Source: Mizuhopecten yessoensis
Taxonomy: Eukaryota
Reading direction: 5' to 3'
NCBI RefSeq assembly: GCF_002113885.1
Contig: NW_018408683.1
Location: 552,144-616,143 of the forward strand
DNA: 64,000 nucleotides
Made by a program: the position numbers and the translations under genes
The notes under the pieces: model-generated
Seen by the model: only the letters and a program-made list of their open reading frames with translations
The model's database searches: none
Told to the model about the DNA's origin: nothing
Shown here: piece by piece, positions 60,410-64,000 of the stretch
Numbering within the stretch: position 1 is the stretch's first letter
Layout of the letters: every line of letters begins with the position of its first letter

Positions 60410-61348
60410 CTACAACAACAAGAAGGCCACTTTCTTTCACTAAAACATAAAACCCTGGTATCTGATGTTAATCATTTTACCAAATCCCCAGATATCATTC
60501 CAGTATAAATCTTCATATATTGAATATAAATCAGGTGAATAAATTGTTTTTGAAGATCCTTCTCTCTCCTTTCCAACGTAATGCTGTAGTATTTAAAAAG
60601 ACTACCTAGACAGCAGGTGGTTTCATTCTTCCACCTCACATCTGATTTTTCTGTTTTAATTATATGTAATGTACTTCAAGGGCTATTAAACCCCACCCAC
60701 AGACCTTATTATGCCTTCATAACACATCACAACCAAATCTTGTGATACTTCTCTATTACTTTGAGACCTCTATCAACTGAAGATTGTTCCATTCATACCC
60801 AATTTCATATGACACAGTCATGATTTACTGACCTGCATGAAACAAAGGATATTCCATTATCCAACCACAGCCACATTCCCTTTGAATGAAGGCTGTTTGA
60901 TTTAATTATTCTCGTCCACAACTTATCATGATTTGATGACTATTGCCTTGACCATAGGGTCTCTGCACCCCTGGAATAAGTCATGTTGGAATTGAAGGCT
61001 CAGTATAACCACCTTGTGGATGGTACAAGCTGACTAGTTCGATCCTTTTATGTACATCATCAGAACCATGCAGCGTGTAATGGTAAAATTGACCAGTTTT
61101 GAGTTGGCTGTTCCTTCTTTGTGGTCTCTATGTATCAGCCTAGTGATTGATCAGTTATATCATTTAAACCAGAACTAACTGCATGCCTTCAATGTTTTCA
61201 TGACATATTTCAGGGGTGCAGAGAACGTAAGTGGATATAACCTCTGGAATTTTGAGGATGCTTGAACGAAGACTGCTCAATGATCTTGACGAATGATGAC
61301 TGTATCTTCAATCACCCCTACCACACACTAAAATGTATCACGATGTAC

Positions 61349-61500
61349 CTTGACCGAAGGCTGTTCCGTTTTCTCCACACATCCTCCAGTCCAGTCCTTC
61401 TCTACAAATTGCATCAAACGCTTTTGTACTTGTGCCATGAAAAAGTTGCTTTTCATTGAGCTGGTTTTGCCCAAAATCTTCCACCATATGCTTTCTTGAT
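61349..61500 (-). CDS. PARP catalytic-domain exon containing the HGT motif
   Basis: ttttttatag| SRKHMVEDFGQNQLNEKQLFHGTSTKAFDAICREGLDWRMCGENGTAFGQG |gtacat; phases 2 and 1 match both neighbouring exons. Confidence 0.9.
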
Positions 61501-62063
61501 CTATAAAAAACCAAGATAACAATACCCGATAATTCACATTAATACATTGCAAATGTGATTCTAACAAACAAACATAAATGTATGTTTAAAGACAGTTTGA
61601 AAGGTATTCATTTTTTTTTTTTTAAACTAAGATACCACAACTATATTCAAATGTTTCATGATTCTTCGATGTTGCTTGGGTTTTGTTACAAAATTCTTTG
61701 CACAAATGGAAGTCATGAATGCCAGTCAATGTAACTTAAGTAACTGTTTTATATAAGCTATTTTGCAAAAACTTTTTATCTAAATTTCATCAATATGAAG
61801 GAATGCATTTTCATTCAAAAGCAGTATTAAATTTATGAAATAAATGGTAATTTTTTCTTGTTAATTAATCAATAATTATACATTTTAAAAGAAACTCAGC
61901 AGCATTAACTTTTAAAACTAAATAAAAAAAACATCATTTCACACAATAATTCAAGATTAATTAAAACACAAGCAAAAATTAAATTACAGTACATTAAAAC
62001 ACAAGCAAAAATTGAATTACAGTACATTAAAACACAAGATCATGCCATGGTTATGGTACCCAC

Positions 62064-62203
62064 AGACAGAACTTCTGCCACAAGCGTGGATTCTGTATCC
62101 TTCTGACCGCTGTGATCTGGCTGGCTGACATACTGAGAGAGAACAAAGTCTTGATGTGTTGGAACTCCACACACTTCTCATCCAGGGTAACAATCGCATA
62201 GTC
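62064..62203 (-). CDS. PARP catalytic-domain first exon (gene continues upstream)
   Basis: tttatttacag| DYAIVTLDEKCVEFQHIKTLFSLSMSASQITAVRRIQNPRLWQKFCL |gtgggt; IxRIQNxxLW motif. Confidence 0.88.
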
Positions 62204-63056
62204 CTGTAAATAAAAGCAACCAATTACTGCACTAAACTTCACAAAAGTAAATAATAATAATAATAATATCTTTTATTTATCCAGGGATACATATTTAGAC
62301 AAGTCTAATTAACAATATGGACCTGCATCAATATATTTACAGATATCACAGAAAAACACACTTAAACTACATGAAAGACATTTGCAGATTAAATTACATG
62401 TAAAAAGTCTCTTTCATTAGGCCTGTAAATAAATGTCATCAAACGGCACTAAATGGCATTAAAGTTACTATCACTAAGTCATATAAGTTAAAGCTACTAA
62501 ACTTCATAAAACTTCACTAAAGTTGCTATTACCTAGTACTGTAAAAAAAGGCCAGTAAACTGCACTTAACTTATTTGAAATATATATCAATTAGTCATGT
62601 AAGTTAAGATTACTAAACTTCATGAATTCTTACTAAAGTCCCTATCACTTAGTCCTGTATATAGAGGATACATTATTTCAGTAAATTTCATTGAAAAATC
62701 AAAAGGATTGGACAACAGGCTCTACCTATATTAATCCATTCCTAGCCAAAGTTACAAACACACACATAATATATAGAGAGAGACAGTTACATCGTAGAGG
62801 TGGTTACAGTGATGCGAGGGAGTAACACCCAGACGATTTAGTTGACAATAAGCCTCATTTATTGAGAACAAGGATCCCCCAGTGTTACACTGTAATAGGT
62901 CCACAGGCTAGTACGGATTCTGATCACACAAAGTCCTTGCCATACATGGCCTAGATCATTTACCCCAGCAGACCTTGGATCAATAGGACTGCACTAAACG
63001 CCACAAAAAATCACTATCACTTGTAATTAGTTTTGTAAGTTAAGTCCTCTTATTAA

Positions 63057-63222
63057 GGGGATAACCCTACTTTATTTTGAGATTTGCGGTGGTATATCAT
63101 GTTTATACTTTTGCAGGTTTAGTTTTATTAGTGACACGAGACGGAGCCAGTTAACGGGTATTTGCATCAGTATAATCACAATATACGTCTGCAAATCTCA
63201 AAATGCAGTAGAAACATCCCTA
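63057..63222. mobile_element. Decayed palindromic element in a PARP intron
   Basis: ctactttattttgagatttgc / gcaaatctcaaaatgcagtag arms; central cgagacggagcc. Confidence 0.5.
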
Positions 63223-64000
63223 TTGCATTTCAATTCATCGAAAATCACCAAAAGAAACAGCAATTTATAGATGATTTGTGCACTTTCATCAAAAAAATTG
63301 TCTCTAGTGTACATTTATGTTGTCAGGAACTTTTAAAGTGAGGCAGAACTACATTGACCTTTTAGGGTTACATTGTTGTTCAAGAGGTCATTTATAATCT
63401 ATTTCATGATGTGTCAGGGTCAGTCGGGGTCACTGACGCAATAACAATCACCATCAAAGCTCCATATGCAAATTGTGGACAGTATATCATGGTTATACCA
63501 TTGCAAATTAGTTTGATTGACCAATCAAATGCTGCATTACATTTCAAATGAATTAGAATAACATATATGTTGGAGCAAGTACTTGTAGGATATTGAACAA
63601 TCTGCCTTGAAATTATCTTAACCTATACTTTCATTTTCTTTCACATTTTGTTTCCCTAAACAGAACCTCTGCATCCTGGATAGATATGCCTGGCCTGCTG
63701 ACCTGTGCCATATAGCCGATTAGCTTTAACTAACTGCAGACATCTCAGAGATACATAACATATAGAGGACATGAGTAACACCCTACAGGCAGAGATGTCG
63801 TTTACAATAGAACACTATTACAGAAGCTACACATATAGTTGTGTACATAAATGAAAATCCCAGAAAAATGCAATGTCGGTGCTAAACACACAAAGAATTT
63901 GCTAGAACTTTATATCTTATTTTATGCTGGTGCCTGGATTATGATCCACAAAATACATATTAGTGCCCAATTTAGTTCCTATAATTTTGCTATAACATTA

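Overview
AT-rich, repeat-dense animal genomic DNA with spliceosomal introns. The repeat types suggest an invertebrate, probably a lophotrochozoan or mollusc (inference). The main element is a tandem cluster (19.5-55.1 kb) of seven paralogs encoding secreted, leucine-rich-repeat-only proteins. Where recognisable, each has a 12-13 codon signal-peptide exon, a phase-0 intron, and one ~1.3 kb exon encoding LRRNT, ~14-15 LRRs and LRRCT, stopping 1-2 residues after the last LRRCT cysteine with no TM, TIR or GPI signal. Three copies are intact (A on minus; C and D on plus), one is frameshifted (B), and three are pseudogenes or remnants. Paralogs differ repeatedly at the exposed positions of the LRR beta-strands and show patchwork similarity, including a 90-bp identical tract between an intact gene and a pseudogene. 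At the right end are the last three coding exons of a minus-strand H-Y-I mono-ADP-ribosyltransferase (PARP7/11/12-like) with a ~174-aa low-complexity insertion inside the catalytic domain. Mobile DNA: an internally deleted DIRS1 retroelement with termini and ICR retained, an intact-looking PHIS-superfamily (ISL2EU/Harbinger-like) DNA transposon with a DDE+SWIM ORF, RTEX-like and CR1/L2-like LINE fragments, tRNA-derived SINEs, MITEs, Helentron-type repeat fragments, five long palindromic elements and six minisatellite arrays. There is one assembly gap (26450-27128).
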